DNA from: Eledone cirrhosa
Lineage: Eukaryota
NCBI GenBank assembly: GCA_964016885.1
Contig: OZ024756.1
Coordinates: forward strand, 26,226,001 to 26,290,000
Length of the DNA stretch: 64,000 bases
Reading direction: 5' to 3'
Made by a program: the position numbers and the translations under genes. Below the pieces are notes generated by a model, which saw only the letters and a list, made by a program, of their open reading frames with translations, did no database searches and was not told where the DNA came from. Positions 15,507 to 29,136 of this stretch are shown here, in pieces; positions within the stretch are counted from its first letter, which is position 1; the number at the start of each line of letters is the position of its first letter.

Positions 15507-15745
15507 GTGTATATATATAGTGAGAAAAACCACAGACCCTCCATCTCAATTCTACTTTTGAAAAGCAGAAAAACTGCGAAACCGGTAAAGGAACCAAATA
15601 AATATATATATTTTTTAAAAAATAAGACTCCAGTTGCATTTTCGATTTCATCTTTTTTTCTTTATACTTTCACTCGTGTAGGACACCTCGATTATTTTTC
15701 ATTTTGTAAAAAAACCTCACTTTCTAATATATATATATATATATA

Positions 15746-15840
<95 letters not shown>

Positions 15841-16360
15841 TGTTATAGTTTAAGACGGTCATGTTGTCAATAAAAACACACGCACCTGTTGGTTTTCACT
15901 TCAATTTATTATAAATGTCCAGTTGGTTAGTTTAATTGTTTATTGTCAAAGCTCTTTCGTCACAAATTCTATGACATCCTCACTGACTAATTTGTTATGT
16001 TGTACTCTCCTTTGTTCTGTCCTACACCCGACTGAATACGCACATGTGTTTTTTTCCTCCCCCATTTTTTCCTTCATTTTCCCCCATTCCTTCCTCTTAT
16101 CACTCTCTACTTTCTATTTATTTTCTATTTCTAATTCTATCTTCTGATGAAGGACTATTATCTGAAACGCTAAGACTCTTGTCCTGCTATCGCAAGCGTT
16201 AAACTAATATATTTCTTCCATGTACTTTACCGTTTGTTTTGTTATTTCTGTTTAACTTTTACATACTTACATACAAATATATACATAAATACATACATAC
16301 ACACACATACAAATATACATACACGCACTCACACACACACACACACGCGCACACACACAC

Positions 16361-16398
<38 letters not shown>

Positions 16399-17191
16399 CT
16401 TTCTTTATTAACCACAAGGGTTTACACAAAGTAGACATTAAGGACAGTACAGGACAATACAGGACGGTACAAAAGGGCATTTCTGCCTGTAAAAAAACAA
16501 AAAAACAGAGGATGTAATAATAGAACAATGAAAAAATTCCCCAATAGGGGGGTGATTTCCGAGGGACATTCGTGGAGGAAGCCCATTAAAAAGCCACAGT
16601 TACCATGACCACCAGGGCAAGTGCCCTCTCCCAGTTTTCCACCTTTAATTTACAGACACATACTCTGAGTAGGCCCATTCACTCGAGCCATTCTTGCCTC
16701 TCTCACCCATCTATCAACAAAATGCTGGGAAGAGAGCACTTCCCTCTCTACCCTGAATAACAATAATAATAATAGTGAGTAAAATCAAAGTTACAGCTGC
16801 GACTAGCATTATCCGAAATCAATCTTCAGAAGTTGGCGCGAAGCACTCAATGAGCTGATATCGATAAATCGATAAATTATAACTTAGTGTAATAACAATA
16901 CGTTAGGGGTGTGATACAGTGAAATTACAGCCGGAGAGATGTTGTCATAAAATCCACGAGAACATTTTCGTTGTTATAGTGGCTTTTGTAGCAATATCTT
17001 TCCGGCCGCAATTTTCATTGTGTCACACCCCTTATATATATTTTTGTTTGTTTACACTCGTATCCCCTTTATTTACGTGTCCCAACGACTTTTTTTAGCC
17101 GTTGCTCGCACCAACCGGAGGTATATGGTCTTTAAAGCGATGAAATACCAACGATGGTTGGAAGATCACTGATGAAGGACTAACTTTATTC

Positions 17192-17282
<91 letters not shown>

Positions 17283-17576
17283 TGAAGAGATTGTTTTGGT
17301 AAAAACAGGAGCAAGCAGGAGAAAGCTCTCAACATTCGTAGTTTTTAGTTACGATGGAGATTTTTTTATAAAAATAGCAAATATGTCTGCTGGACACACG
17401 AGCAGAAGGACGTGTGTTTTTTCCTGCCGGCAGCATATCACTAAATCAGATTTCATCCGAGGATACCGTTCTCATAACAACAACAAAGGCATGAAGGACT
17501 TCTCGATTGCATGGAGAACCGTGGAAAAAATTATAATGATTAAACGATTTATGTAACATCAGCATTATTATTTTTG

Positions 17577-17617
<41 letters not shown>

Positions 17618-17758
17618 AAGTAAAAGCGAAGAAGTTTCAGATGTTCAAGTCCTTTAATAATAATGAACGGATGAAGAACCCAAAAAGCACACACTTCGTC
17701 CGTTCCCATGTCGATTCAACTTGGATTGTCTCGGAAACATAACCTTATTATGTAACAA

Positions 17759-17832
17759 GCTGTCTGATGATGTCACGACACTCGCACACAGAACAGTGTG
17801 GCCAGTGTCGTCATTGAAATATATATCACAGC
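17759..17832 (+). ncRNA. type I hammerhead ribozyme motif with extended stem II, SLC22 intron 2, sense
   Basis: GCTGT-CTGATGA-..ACGACACT..CACAC/GTGTG..AGTGTCGT..-GAAA-TATATA-TC-ACAGC. AUC site; stem I GCTGT/ACAGC. Confidence 0.7.
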
Positions 17833-17933
17833 ATTATTATTAAAGGACTTGAACATCTGAAACTACTCCGTCACTCCTATGTGGAAAAAGTACGTTGAGT
17901 GCTTGAATTGAATTGCATCAATGTTTACCCTAA

Positions 17934-17972
<39 letters not shown>

Positions 17973-18722
17973 GTGTGCGTGTGTGTGTGTGTGTGTTGTG
18001 TGTGTGTATATATGTATTTATATATTTAAACGATATACAAGGATTTATCAATTGAGACCAACTACCATCTAATACTTATATACATATACATATATAGCAA
18101 ATGATATGTAGATTTAAATACAAATGTATAGGTGCTAAATAAAACAGTACTCCGTGGTCATATTTGGAAGTACGGCCATTTAAGTATAATATAATCTTTA
18201 TATGAGTACTGTTTTTTTTAACACCTATAAATTTGTTTCTCCAGTTCACTGAGCTGGCAAAAAATGAGCTGTGCCTGTAATTCAAAGAGCTAGCTTTGTC
18301 GTACGCTGTGTCACGCTGGATCCTCTTGAGAACAACGTTAATGGTGCACATGAATTTCACGAGCAGGTTATTTGAACAATTGAGCCGCTCATCTTGGTAA
18401 CCGACGGAGGTCCAGCAACAACAGCAGCAACAACGCCAATGAATTCGTAATGAATTGAAAGTTTCATTAAATAAAGACAATAGCAGAGATAAACTATGGA
18501 TAGCAACAGGTTTAGCTTATAAATCGATATCATTGATGAATTTTTCCAATTTCGCTTGCCATAGCTAGTTGTCATGGTTTCTGTGTAAACACAGCTAGTG
18601 ATAACCATCGTTGTACCGATCTATGTCAGATATATGCCTCAACAGCTGTCGGGACACATATTGAGGATATTTGGCTGTTGCCAGTTGGTTGTCAGCTCCT
18701 TAATACTACTACTACAACTACT

Positions 18723-18788
<66 letters not shown>

Positions 18789-18789
18789 A

Positions 18790-19060
18790 TTTATGTCCTT
18801 TGATTCCAGTTTAGTATAATTTGATCCTAATTTAGTATCCTTTGATCCTAGTTTAGAATCATTTGATCCTAATTTAGTATTATTTGATCCTTCTCTTGAG
18901 TTATTTGATCCCAGTTTAGTATAATTTGATCCTAATCTAGTATCATTTGATCCTTGACTAGAGTTATTTGATTCCAGCTTAGTATCATTTGATCCTGGTC
19001 AAGTGGCATTTGATCGTAATTTAATATCATGTAATCTGATTTTAGTGTCATTTGATCAGA
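18790..19060. repeat. degenerate 21-bp tandem repeat
   Basis: atttgatcctagtttagtatc-like units. Confidence 0.75.
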
Positions 19061-19541
19061 GTTTAAAGGTCCCTTTCGGGCATGACAGACTATGTGTTTG
19101 CACCTGGAAAATCTCTCTCTTTGGCGCAAGCCTGGGCAATCAATGTTTGGGAAAGACCAGTATATCTCCTTCTCCACGAAACCAATGTTATCCAATAGAA
19201 AAACCAAGATAGATACAACTTGGCATCAGTGTCATTGTAGCTCATATATGCACTATATATACACTATGGTGGTGGCCAGGGTAAAGGCAAAGACTTGATA
19301 CAGCTTGGCACCTGTGTCGTTGCAAATATTTTTTTCCAAGTGAGTGGACTGGAGCAACGTGAAATGTGTCATGCTCGAGAAGACAACACGTCGTTCGATT
19401 TGAGAATCGAACTTACGACCTTATGATTGTGAGTCCAATACGCTAACCACTAAGCCACACACCGTCACAGATCCGAGTTAAATGTAATTAGATCCGAAAA
19501 TAAGCGAAATGTTTAACCACTCCTCTCCTTTCTACTTCCAG

Positions 19542-19734
19542 GTGGTTTTCTTGTAATCAGCATCGTCTTACCTCTGGAAGTTGTAGGTCGTCGCTGGAGA
19601 GATTTCTGTGTGTGTTTGTGGATTTGGTCCCTCGGATTGCCCATTATTTCATTCGAAGCTACAATAGTGGACGGCTGGCGGAACATTGCCCTCACCAGTG
19701 GCTTGGTAGGACTACCATTTCTAGGACTCTACTT
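19542..19734 (+). CDS. SLC22-family transporter exon 3
   Basis: Acceptor cttccag. GGFLVISIVLPLEVVGRRWR...GWRNIALTSG. Donor TT|gtaagt, phase 2. Not in the ORF track. Confidence 0.9.
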
Positions 19735-19859
19735 GTAAGTTTGACTACTGCACTATATTTCTTTCTTTATTTTCTTCTTTCCTTCCTTTAAATTTCTTTC
19801 CTTTAATCTTTTTATATTTCTCTCCACATTTTTCTTATTCCACAATACGATATAAACAG

Positions 19860-20330
19860 TACACTGCACCACGCTACATTACACCACACTACACTACATT
19901 ACACCACGCCACATTACACCACACCACATTACACAACGCTACATTACACTACATTACACTACACCACACTACATTACACAACGCTACACTACACCAAACT
20001 ACACTTCCCTATACTACACTACACTACACTACATTACACCTCACTACACTACATTACACCACATTACACCACACTACACTACAATAAACTACACCATACT
20101 ACAGTACACTACATTACACTACACCACACTACACCACATTACAGTACACTGCTATACACTACATTACACAACACCTCACCACATTATACTACACCGCTAT
20201 ACACTACATTGCACTACATTACACCACACTACACTACATTAAATTGCACCATACTATACTACACTACATTACACTACACCACACCACATTACACTACACC
20301 ACACCACACTACACTACACCACACTATCAT
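19860..20330. repeat. (ACACT/ACATT)n pentanucleotide repeat
   Basis: Direct inspection. Confidence 0.92.
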
Positions 20331-20362
20331 TATATACTACATTAAATCTGTTATTTCACCAG

Positions 20363-20596
20363 TTTGGTTCCAGAAAGTTCTCGCTGGCTCACCAGTCTAC
20401 AACATTTCCAAAAGGCTGAGAGCAGCATCAAAGAAATGATATCGTGTAACACAAGTTCAGTCCCAGATGTATTGGAGTTGTGCGATGACACACGAATATA
20501 TGTGATGAGTATTTCTCATCCCCGACGTCACACCTATCTTGATCTCTTTCATACAGTCACAGTGGCAAAATCAACAACAGCAGTTTTATACACCTG
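20363..20596 (+). CDS. SLC22-family transporter exon 4
   Basis: Acceptor tcaccag. LVPESSRWL (PESPRWL motif)...TYLDLF. Donor TG|gtaagt, phase 2. Confidence 0.92.
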
Positions 20597-21348
20597 GTAA
20601 GTAATAGCACAGGCGGTGAATTGGCATTAAAGTCGTTATCGTTAAAACGTTGGATAGAAGAATGCTTTGTGGTATTTGTTTCGCTCTTTGCGCTCTAAGC
20701 TTCAATCCCACAGAAGTCAACTTTACTTTTCATCCTTTCGATGTCGATAAAAAAAGCATCAGTCCAATATTGGGGTCGATTCTTCCCTTCTCTCTCTCAA
20801 CCCTTCTCAGGAAGAAATCCGCTGTATTCAGACCTGGAGAGGTGATGGGTTCCACCAGTTTTAAAATGCCCAAGGAACGCTGTATATCACTATGGCACAT
20901 TCACGACTCCATCATGTTATGGGTTCGTACATATAAGTAATAGCGTCTTGAACAAAACACTTTATTTCACGTTGCTTCAGTCTACTCAACTGGAAAAAAA
21001 AAATGAATTGTACCTTTTATTCAAAAAGCCAGTCCTCATTACAAACTGTGCCACACTGAATTTCTCTGAGAACAACGACCATGCAATTGACTGAATCTCA
21101 TTAACTATTTCCTCTAATACTGCAAATTTTCACAACAGTCTGTCCCTTAATACACATACCATAAACATTTGAATCAATAAGTTTATTTTTAGACATTTTC
21201 TGCTAAATTATTACAAGATGTTAAGCATGGTTGTATAATTAAGAGGCTTGCTTTAAAAAATGGTTGCCCGATCTATTTCATAAAAGATTTAGCACAAAAT
21301 AAAGTAGTTAGTAAATTATATATATATATATATATATCACTCTCTCTC

Positions 21349-21437
<89 letters not shown>

Positions 21438-21472
21438 CAAAGTTTTTGATATGAAATCGTGTGTCGAAACAA

Positions 21473-22004
21473 ATATTGTTATACTTGGGGAGGGTCATAT
21501 TGCTATAATATTGCCAGAAATAATAACAGAACACACTCACTGTTTGGTTGGTTTTCGCTTCTGTATCTTTTATATCTCCATAGTTAATTTATTTGGCAAT
21601 CAATGTTTATCATTGATTGACCAGCGGTTAAAAATTCAGATATAAATATATATATATATATATAGTCTATCAATGTTCTTTCGTTGCACATCTGCAACAT
21701 CATCAGTGGTACTATTATGTTTCCTCCTATTGTATTGTAATTTCTACGTCTTTTTTCAATGGCGTAGAAATTACCTCTGATGATGTTGCAGATGTGCAAC
21801 GAAAGAACATTGATAGACTATATATATATGTTTATATCTGTATTTTTAACCGCTGGTCAATCAATGATAAACATTGATTGCCAAATAAATTAACTATGGA
21901 GATATAAAAGATACAGAAGCGAAAACCAACCAAACAGTGAGTGTGTTCTGTTATTATTTCTGGCAATATTACAACAATATGACCCTCCCCAAGTATAACA
22001 ATAT
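21473..22004. repeat. fold-back inverted repeat (~230-bp arms)
   Basis: Both arms end in CTGATGA-T-GTTGCA GATG TGCAAC-GAAA. A solo copy of the arm sequence lies at ~2120-2290. Confidence 0.92.
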
Positions 22005-22637
22005 ATATATTTATATATTTCGTTTCTGAATTTGTTTAGCAAGATTCTTTATCTGAAAACGTGTGTTGAAACCGATATTGTTATACTTTGGGAGGGTCAT
22101 GTTGCCAATAAGAAACACACGCACCAGTTGCTTTCACTCCAATTTATTATAAATTAAATTTATAAATTTAAGAATTTATAAATTTCCGGTTGGTTGGTTG
22201 GTTCCACAACCAGACGATTGTTCATATATTGTCAAAGTTCTTTCGTCACACATTCTGTGACCTCTTCAGTGACTGGGGATTCTTTTCTTTATTTATTCAC
22301 AGTAATCCAACTTATTTTACTAACGGGATTAAAAAAAAAAAAAACCGTACGCAGTCCCGCAGACCTTCCTTTATTATAGTTTAGACTAGTTGTAGTCCGG
22401 TTTTCCTGAGGACATAGAGAAACACACACACACGTTTTTTTCACACCTGTTAACAGAATTTGCACTTGAAATTCCTGCGTTTTCAATCAAAATTTGTGGT
22501 GACAACTCTCTCTACCTATCTATCTATTTTTCACACACACACTCACACGCACACGCACACATGCCCCCCCCCCCCCACACACACATTGTGTTGTTTTCTC
22601 ATGCCTTTCATCCTTCCAGAGTCGAGGAATTAAAGTA

Positions 22638-22807
22638 CCGTATTTCCCGGCGTCGAAGACGCTACTTTTCTCTTAAAATAAGTCTAAAAAAATCTACCAT
22701 GCGTCCTGGAGGCCGAAGGTTGTTTATTATTATTTTTTTTTATTTTTCGTTGTCAAAATTAGGGTGCGTCCTCGAGGACGAAGCGTCTTCGGCGCCGGGA
22801 AATACGG
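22638..22807. mobile_element. Tc1/mariner-pogo type MITE inserted in a SINE
   Basis: TA TSD. TIRs CCGTATTTCCCGGCGTCGAAGACGC / GCGTCTTCGGCGCCGGGAAATACGG. Confidence 0.8.
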
Positions 22808-22894
22808 TAATAGTCAAGTATTGGAGTCAAGTTAACTGGCTGTTCTCCACTCTCCCCAAATTGCTGGCTTTCTGCCTAAATTAAAAATCATTAT

Positions 22895-23460
22895 ATTGGC
22901 AGTATCAGTAAAGGGTCGGACGCCATGATTTACGGAATAGAGTTACGTCCCTTTACAGACTGAGTTAAAATCCTGCTGAGGTTAACTTTGCCTTTCATCC
23001 TTACGGGGTCGATAAAATAAAGTACCAGTAATGTGCTGGGTAATTGCTGGCCTTGTGACAAAAGTAGAAACAATTATTATTATTTGTTTTAGGGCGGCGA
23101 ATTGGCTGTATCGGTAGAGCGTCAGACACCATGCTTCGTAGCATAGAGTTACGACCCTTTCCTTTACGTTCTGAGTTCAACTTCCACCGAGGTTAACTTT
23201 GCCTTTCATCCTTACAGGGTCGATAAAATGAAACACATGTAATGAACTGGGATCGATTTAATCGACTTTCCTCCCTCCCCCAAAATCGCTGGACACCATG
23301 CTTTGCAGCATAGAGTTATGGCCCTTTATGTTCTGAGTTCAAATTCTGCCAAGGTTAGCTTTGCTTTTCATCCTTACGGGGTCGATAAAATAAAGTACCA
23401 GTAATGCACTGGGATAATTGTTGGCCTTGTGCCAAAAGTAGAAGCCCTTATTACTATTAT
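22895..23460 (+). mobile_element. tandem cluster of Meta-domain-like SINEs
   Basis: Three head-to-tail copies of the GCCTTTCATCCTTAC.GGGTCGATAAAAT core. Further copies at ~11170-11610, 32590-32800, 42000-42150, 56630-56735, 57615-57820, 58050-58250, 61190-61350. Confidence 0.85.
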
Positions 23461-23488
23461 TTGTTTTCGTTTTGCTATTTTGTTTAAG

Positions 23489-23623
23489 GTTTGTTGGTTG
23501 TTTTGTTTACTGTAATTTACTACACAAAGTGGAAAATCTGACGGGCGACCACCATTTTGATATTTTCCTGCCGTTCATCCTGGACATGCCTATATGTATG
23601 TCGGCTGTGATTATTAATAAATG
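23489..23623 (+). CDS. SLC22-family transporter exon 5
   Basis: Acceptor gtttaag. WFVGCFVYCNLLHKVENLTGDHHFDIFLPFILDMP. Donor TG|gtaagt. 135 nt, keeps frame. Confidence 0.85.
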
Positions 23624-23719
23624 GTAAGTACAGCGCTTTTATAATAATTGTTTCTACTTTTGGCACAAGGCCAACAATTAACCAGTGCATTACTGGTACT
23701 TTATTTTAATAATACTGAT

Positions 23720-24155
23720 AGTGTTGGTGTTGTTGTTGGTAGTGTTGTTGCTGGTGGTGTTGTTGTTGTTGTTGCTGTTGGTGTTGTTGTTGTTGGTGGT
23801 GTTGTTGCTGGTGGTGTTGTTGTTGTTGGTGTTGTTGTTGTTGTTGTTGCTGTTGGTGTTGTTGTTGTTGGTGTTGTTGTTGTTGGTGTTGCTGTTGGTG
23901 TTGTTGGTGGTGGTGTTGTTGGTAGTGTTGTTGCTGTTGGTGTTGTTGGTGGTGGTGTTGTTGCTGGTGGTGTTGTTGTTGCTGGTGGTGTTGTTGTTGG
24001 TGGTGGTGTTGTTGTTGGTGTTGTTGTTGTTGTTGTTGTTGCTGTTGGTGTTGTTGGTGTTGTTGTTGTTGTTGTTGTTGGTGTTGGTGTTGTTGTTGTT
24101 GGTAGTGTTGTTGGTGTTGTTGTTGTTGTTGTTGTTGTTGGTGATGGTGGTGTTT

Positions 24156-24187
<32 letters not shown>

Positions 24188-24355
24188 GGTTGTTGTGGGT
24201 GGAGTTGGTTGTTTGTGGTGTTGGTTGTTGGTAGTGTGTTGTTGTTGTTGGTGTTGTTGTTGTTGTTGGTGGTGGTGTTGTTGGTAGTGTGTTGTTGTTG
24301 TTGGTGTTGTTGATGTTGTTGGTGGTGTTGGTGTTGTTGGTGGTGGTGTTGTTGA
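23720..24355. repeat. (GTT/GGT)n trinucleotide tract
   Basis: Direct inspection. Intronic. Confidence 0.95.
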
Positions 24356-24444
24356 TGCCTATATCTATGTCTGCGTTTATGTCCGGGTTTAAAGATATCT
24401 TCCCTGTAAACCCCACTGCAGATAATCGATTTTATATACGACCA

Positions 24445-24553
<109 letters not shown>

Positions 24554-24786
24554 ACACATGTATAGAAGACTATGTTAATTAAGGAATTCTCTTCGAAACC
24601 ACGAAGTTCTGTGTTGATTTTCACTGTGTAACACCCTTGGTAAGTGACTTGTACTGTAGCCTTCTACTCGTCAATAAATACCCTTTGAGTGAAATCTGGT
24701 TGGTAGAAACCGTGAGGAATGTTTTATTTGTGTGTGTGGCCGGTCATGTGATTGCTTGGTCTAGTCAAATCCTCTGTCTTTTGCAG

Positions 24787-24990
24787 TATAGGTAGAAGAT
24801 GGTGTATGTTCCTTTACGCAGTATCGTCAGGTTTCAGCATGTTCTGTGTGTTAATCTTACACATGATGGGCGATCTTCACAAGTATCCCTACATGATGAC
24901 AGCCCTGGCTGCCTTTAGCAAGATGGGCGTGGCCACCGCTCTGTCTCTCCTAACATTAATCACTGTCGAAGCTTATCCAACGGTTATTAG
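24787..24990 (+). CDS. SLC22-family transporter exon 6
   Basis: Acceptor tttgcag. IGRRW...EAYPTVIR (ELYPTxxR motif). Donor AG|gtgagt. Confidence 0.92.
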
Positions 24991-25045
24991 GTGAGTCGTT
25001 ATATATTTATTACTCTCTCTCTCTCTCTTCCTCCCTCCATCTCGT

Positions 25046-25141
<96 letters not shown>

Positions 25142-25270
25142 GTATATAATTGATGCTCTGAACCAAGATCCATTCAGCTTATTTGAGAACCATAATCACC
25201 ATATATATTAAATATGTATTGATACCTTAACATAGTATATATAATATATATATATATATATATAATATAT

Positions 25271-25302
<32 letters not shown>

Positions 25303-25306
25303 ATAT

Positions 25307-25362
<56 letters not shown>

Positions 25363-26389
25363 AAGGCGTGTGGCTGAGTGGTTAGAGAATTGGGTTCGCA
25401 ATCGTAAGGTTGTGAGTTCAATTCCTGGACCAGGCGATGCGTTATGTCCTTGGGCAAGACACTTTATTTCACGTTGCTCCTTCTACCTGGAGTTGCGACC
25501 GATAGATAGTATTAGCAATTGGAAAGACCGACGGAAACATTGTTCCCTCGGTCCGATTTGACGAAAGTCGATCCTAAAGTCAGCTCGAGAGTAGCAACGG
25601 AGGAGATTGAGGTTAGCTGGACATGCTCACCGTCATCCAGAGTTGACACTTCACTCAGTGCTCCTGTGGGAGCCCCTACATGGACACATACATGGACACA
25701 CTGGAAGAGGGAGACCGAGGTTGACATATGTTGATGCCCTAAGGACAGACACTGGTCTCTTGGAGATGCAGGACATGGCAGCGATGATGAGGGACAGAGA
25801 CTGCTGGAGAGAACTCGTCCATGGATCTCGGGAATTTTACCCGCCTTAGATAGATAATTAGTTTCGCTCTAACATAGCGGATACATAAATGCATTCGCGA
25901 GTTTTATATCGAATAATGATAATATTCGATTCGTTAGAGCAAAACTAATTTTGTTTTTTCGAGAACAAATGAGGTGATTCCTGAGTTCTGAATTATAATA
26001 TAATTGTGAAAGACCATAAAGAGAAAATATGTTTCTTAATTGACATCAGATCGTAACAATTCCTCAAAAGAGTTCTGAAATCTATGTAAGTATAAAGATC
26101 TATCAATTGAAATTAAGATTAATTAAGTGTAGCATCTTAAGGCCTGTATGATACCATTGAGACTCGATGCACTTGAAATGATAAAGAAAGGCACTGAAAA
26201 ATATTTGGACCGGGTACCTGGAAAACCATCTATCTCTCCAAGAGATACAGAAAATAGTGCTGACTGGTGCAGTCCATGTCCTGAGATGAGCATTATCAAT
26301 TTAAATACATTGCAAAGACATTTATTGTTGTTTATACCCTTGTGGCATCTTTTGTATGAAAAAAGAAGGTAAAATGTGTGTATTATTAT

Positions 26390-27300
26390 GGTGGATTGGC
26401 AGTATCGGTAGAGGGTCGGACGCCATGCTTTGCCGCATAGAGTTACGGTCCTTTATGATCTGAGTTAAAATCCCGCCGAGGTTAACTTTGCCTTTCATCC
26501 TTACGAGGTCGATAAAATAAAGTACCAGTAACGCACTGGGATAATTGCTGGCCTTATGCCAAAAGTAGAAACAATTATAAAATTTTGCCCTAGGTGTCAG
26601 ATCGACACTCGGCATGAATTGGGTAAGGAGCAGAATTCAAAGGAAGTTTCAAATAATAATAATAATAATAGTTGTTTCTACTTTAGGCACAAGGCCAGCA
26701 ATTACCCAGTACATTACTGGTACTTTATTTTATCGACACCGTAAGGATGAAAGGCAAAGATAATAGTAATAATTGTTTCTACTATAGGCACAAGGCCAGC
26801 AATTATCCAGTGCATTACTGGTACTTTATTTTATCGACCCCGTAAGGATGAAAGGCAAAGTCAACCTTAATAATAATGGTTTCTTATATAGGCACAAGGC
26901 CATCAATTTTGGGGGAGAGGAAAGTCGATTAAATTGACCCCAGTGCGTGACTGGTACTTTATTTTATCGACCCCGTAAGGATGAAAGGCAAAGTTAACCA
27001 TGGCGGGATTTGAACTCAGATCATAAAGGGGCGTAACTCTGTGCTGCAAAACATAGCGTCCGACCCTCTACCGATACTGCCAATCCACCGCCCTTGATAA
27101 TAATTGTTTCTACTTTTGGCACAAGGCCAGCAATTATCCCAGTACATTACTGGTACTTTATTTTATCGACGCCGTAAGGATGAAAGGCAAAGTTAACCTC
27201 GGCGGGATTTGAACTCAGAATGGCTAGGGCCGTAACTTTATGCGTCAAAGCATAGTGTCCGACCCTCTACCGATACTGCCAATCCACCGCCCTTGATAAT
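26390..27300. mobile_element. cluster of Meta-domain-like SINEs (one +, four -) in (TAA)n
   Basis: Repeated core and the 3' end GGCCTTGTGCC.AAAGTAGAAACAATTATT, separated by TAA runs. Confidence 0.85.
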
Positions 27301-27351
27301 AATAATAATAGAAATGATAAAGTGTATAATAATATCAATTGAATATTTCAG

Positions 27352-27433
27352 ATGCATGGCAGTAGCATTTGGTTTGAGTTCCGGAATGTTAGGATCGTTG
27401 TTGTCTTTCCACTTGCGCAATATCATATCATTC
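27352..27433 (+). CDS. SLC22-family transporter exon 7
   Basis: Acceptor atttcag. RCMAVAFGLSSGMLGSLLSFHLRNIISF (TM11). Donor TTC|gtaagt, phase 0. Confidence 0.85.
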
Positions 27434-27789
27434 GTAAGTATATGTTATTCTTTTAATAGTTTCAGCCATTAGACCACAGTTATGCTAGAGGAACGCATTG
27501 AACGGGGGAGTGAGAATTTAGTGATCATTTTGGTTTTTCAAGGCTGGCACTTATTTAATCGATCAGCTATAAAAAGCTTTCAACCCACACTGTAAAGTGG
27601 TCGTGTAGGTGTCACGACAAAATGCACCCAGTGCACACTGTAAAGCTGGTTGGCGTTAAGAAGGGTATTCATCCTTAGAAACCAAGCCAAAATCAGTTCT
27701 GTGTGAACCAAACACGGTCCTCCGATCTGGTTGTGTCACAACGGGACAGCACGTCCTACTCATGCTAGTGTGGAAAATGGACGTTAAAC

Positions 27790-27822
<33 letters not shown>

Positions 27823-27886
27823 AACGATGATGATGATAACTAATGCTTATCTTCTTTTCTTCATAAGTCACAATGATTTACTTCTC

Positions 27887-27933
<47 letters not shown>

Positions 27934-27946
27934 GTCTCTCCCACAG

Positions 27947-28135
27947 GACTCTTATTACTATATCGTGCCCTACATACTCCAAGGTCTACTGATTAGTACC
28001 ATAGGTGTTGTTGGTCTGGTCTTCCCTGAGACCGCTACAACACCCATGCCAGATGTGCTGCAGTGCCGCCATAGAAAGAACCAGCTTCAAGCAGATGTGA
28101 CGTCACAGTACGTTTATCTACGTGATCAATCATGA
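27947..28135 (+). CDS. SLC22-family transporter terminal exon 8
   Basis: Acceptor cccacag after (CTTT)n. DSYYYIVPY...LVFPET (PET motif), then stop. Exon total 1584 nt = 527 aa + stop. AATAAA at ~28221. Confidence 0.9.
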   Translation, partial: DSYYYIVPYILQGLLISTIGVVGLVFPETATTPMPDVLQCRHRKNQLQADVTSQYVYLRDQS

Positions 28136-28456
28136 CATCACACTACATTTTCAGCGACACTGATATTGTTTCTCTGCGAGAGGTAAGTTTTTTACATCTC
28201 GATTTCAAAAGTCATGTAAAAATAAAAAAATATACGACGATATTTCCTTAGCTGGGATTGAACACTTGACTAACATTACCGTTTCTCTTTCTCTACTTTC
28301 AGTGCTAAACTTTGAAGAGACAAGAGTGAATAGACAGTCAATTGGAACGCTACTCATTCATGTCACTAGAATACATGTAGCCCTCCCCCTCCCCCTGCCT
28401 AGACAGTGTGTATATGTGTGCGTGTGCATGGGTTTAACAGTAACAGTAACAGTAGC

Positions 28457-28487
<31 letters not shown>

Positions 28488-28780
28488 ACAGTGCCCTTTT
28501 TTGTGCGTGTTTGCGTGTGTGCATACGTACGCTCGGATTTAAAAGCACGAGCAAGAATACGAAGGTAGATTTGAATATACATATACATACATATATATGT
28601 ATTATAATAAATGTTCGGTGAATCCATACGTACATATATATATGTGTGCATGTATATATGTATATATATATATACATACTACTGTACGTCTGTATACATA
28701 TATGTATGTACGTGTACATACTTATATTTAAGTAACAGCCGTACTAAGAGTGGGAAATGAAATTTCGTTTCATTTTTTCC

Positions 28781-28833
<53 letters not shown>

Positions 28834-28901
28834 CATATATGTGTGTGTGTGAGTGTGTGTGTGCATGCATGCATATTTAGTCACACACAATGTATATATG
28901 T

Positions 28902-28932
<31 letters not shown>

Positions 28933-29136
28933 CATGCATATGTGTGTGTATATATACACACACATATCTATATGCATGCATACTTGTGTATATATATATA
29001 CACATGTAAGCATACACACGACGGTGAGATTATTTGCCATAAGCTTATTGACTAGAAAATTAAATGCATTTGTATAACTTGGTCCAGTTGCCATCCAGTC
29101 AATACGGGCAGGGGGGGGGGGGGGGGGCTGGCAGGT

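Noticed and set aside
25360-25440. tRNA-like sequences with A and B boxes
   Set aside because: They continue into SINE bodies and lack a proper acceptor stem, so they are SINE heads.
26148-26372. 74-aa ORF
   Set aside because: KYLDRVPGKP resembles a decayed LINE C-terminus. Too degenerate to classify and not an SLC22 exon.
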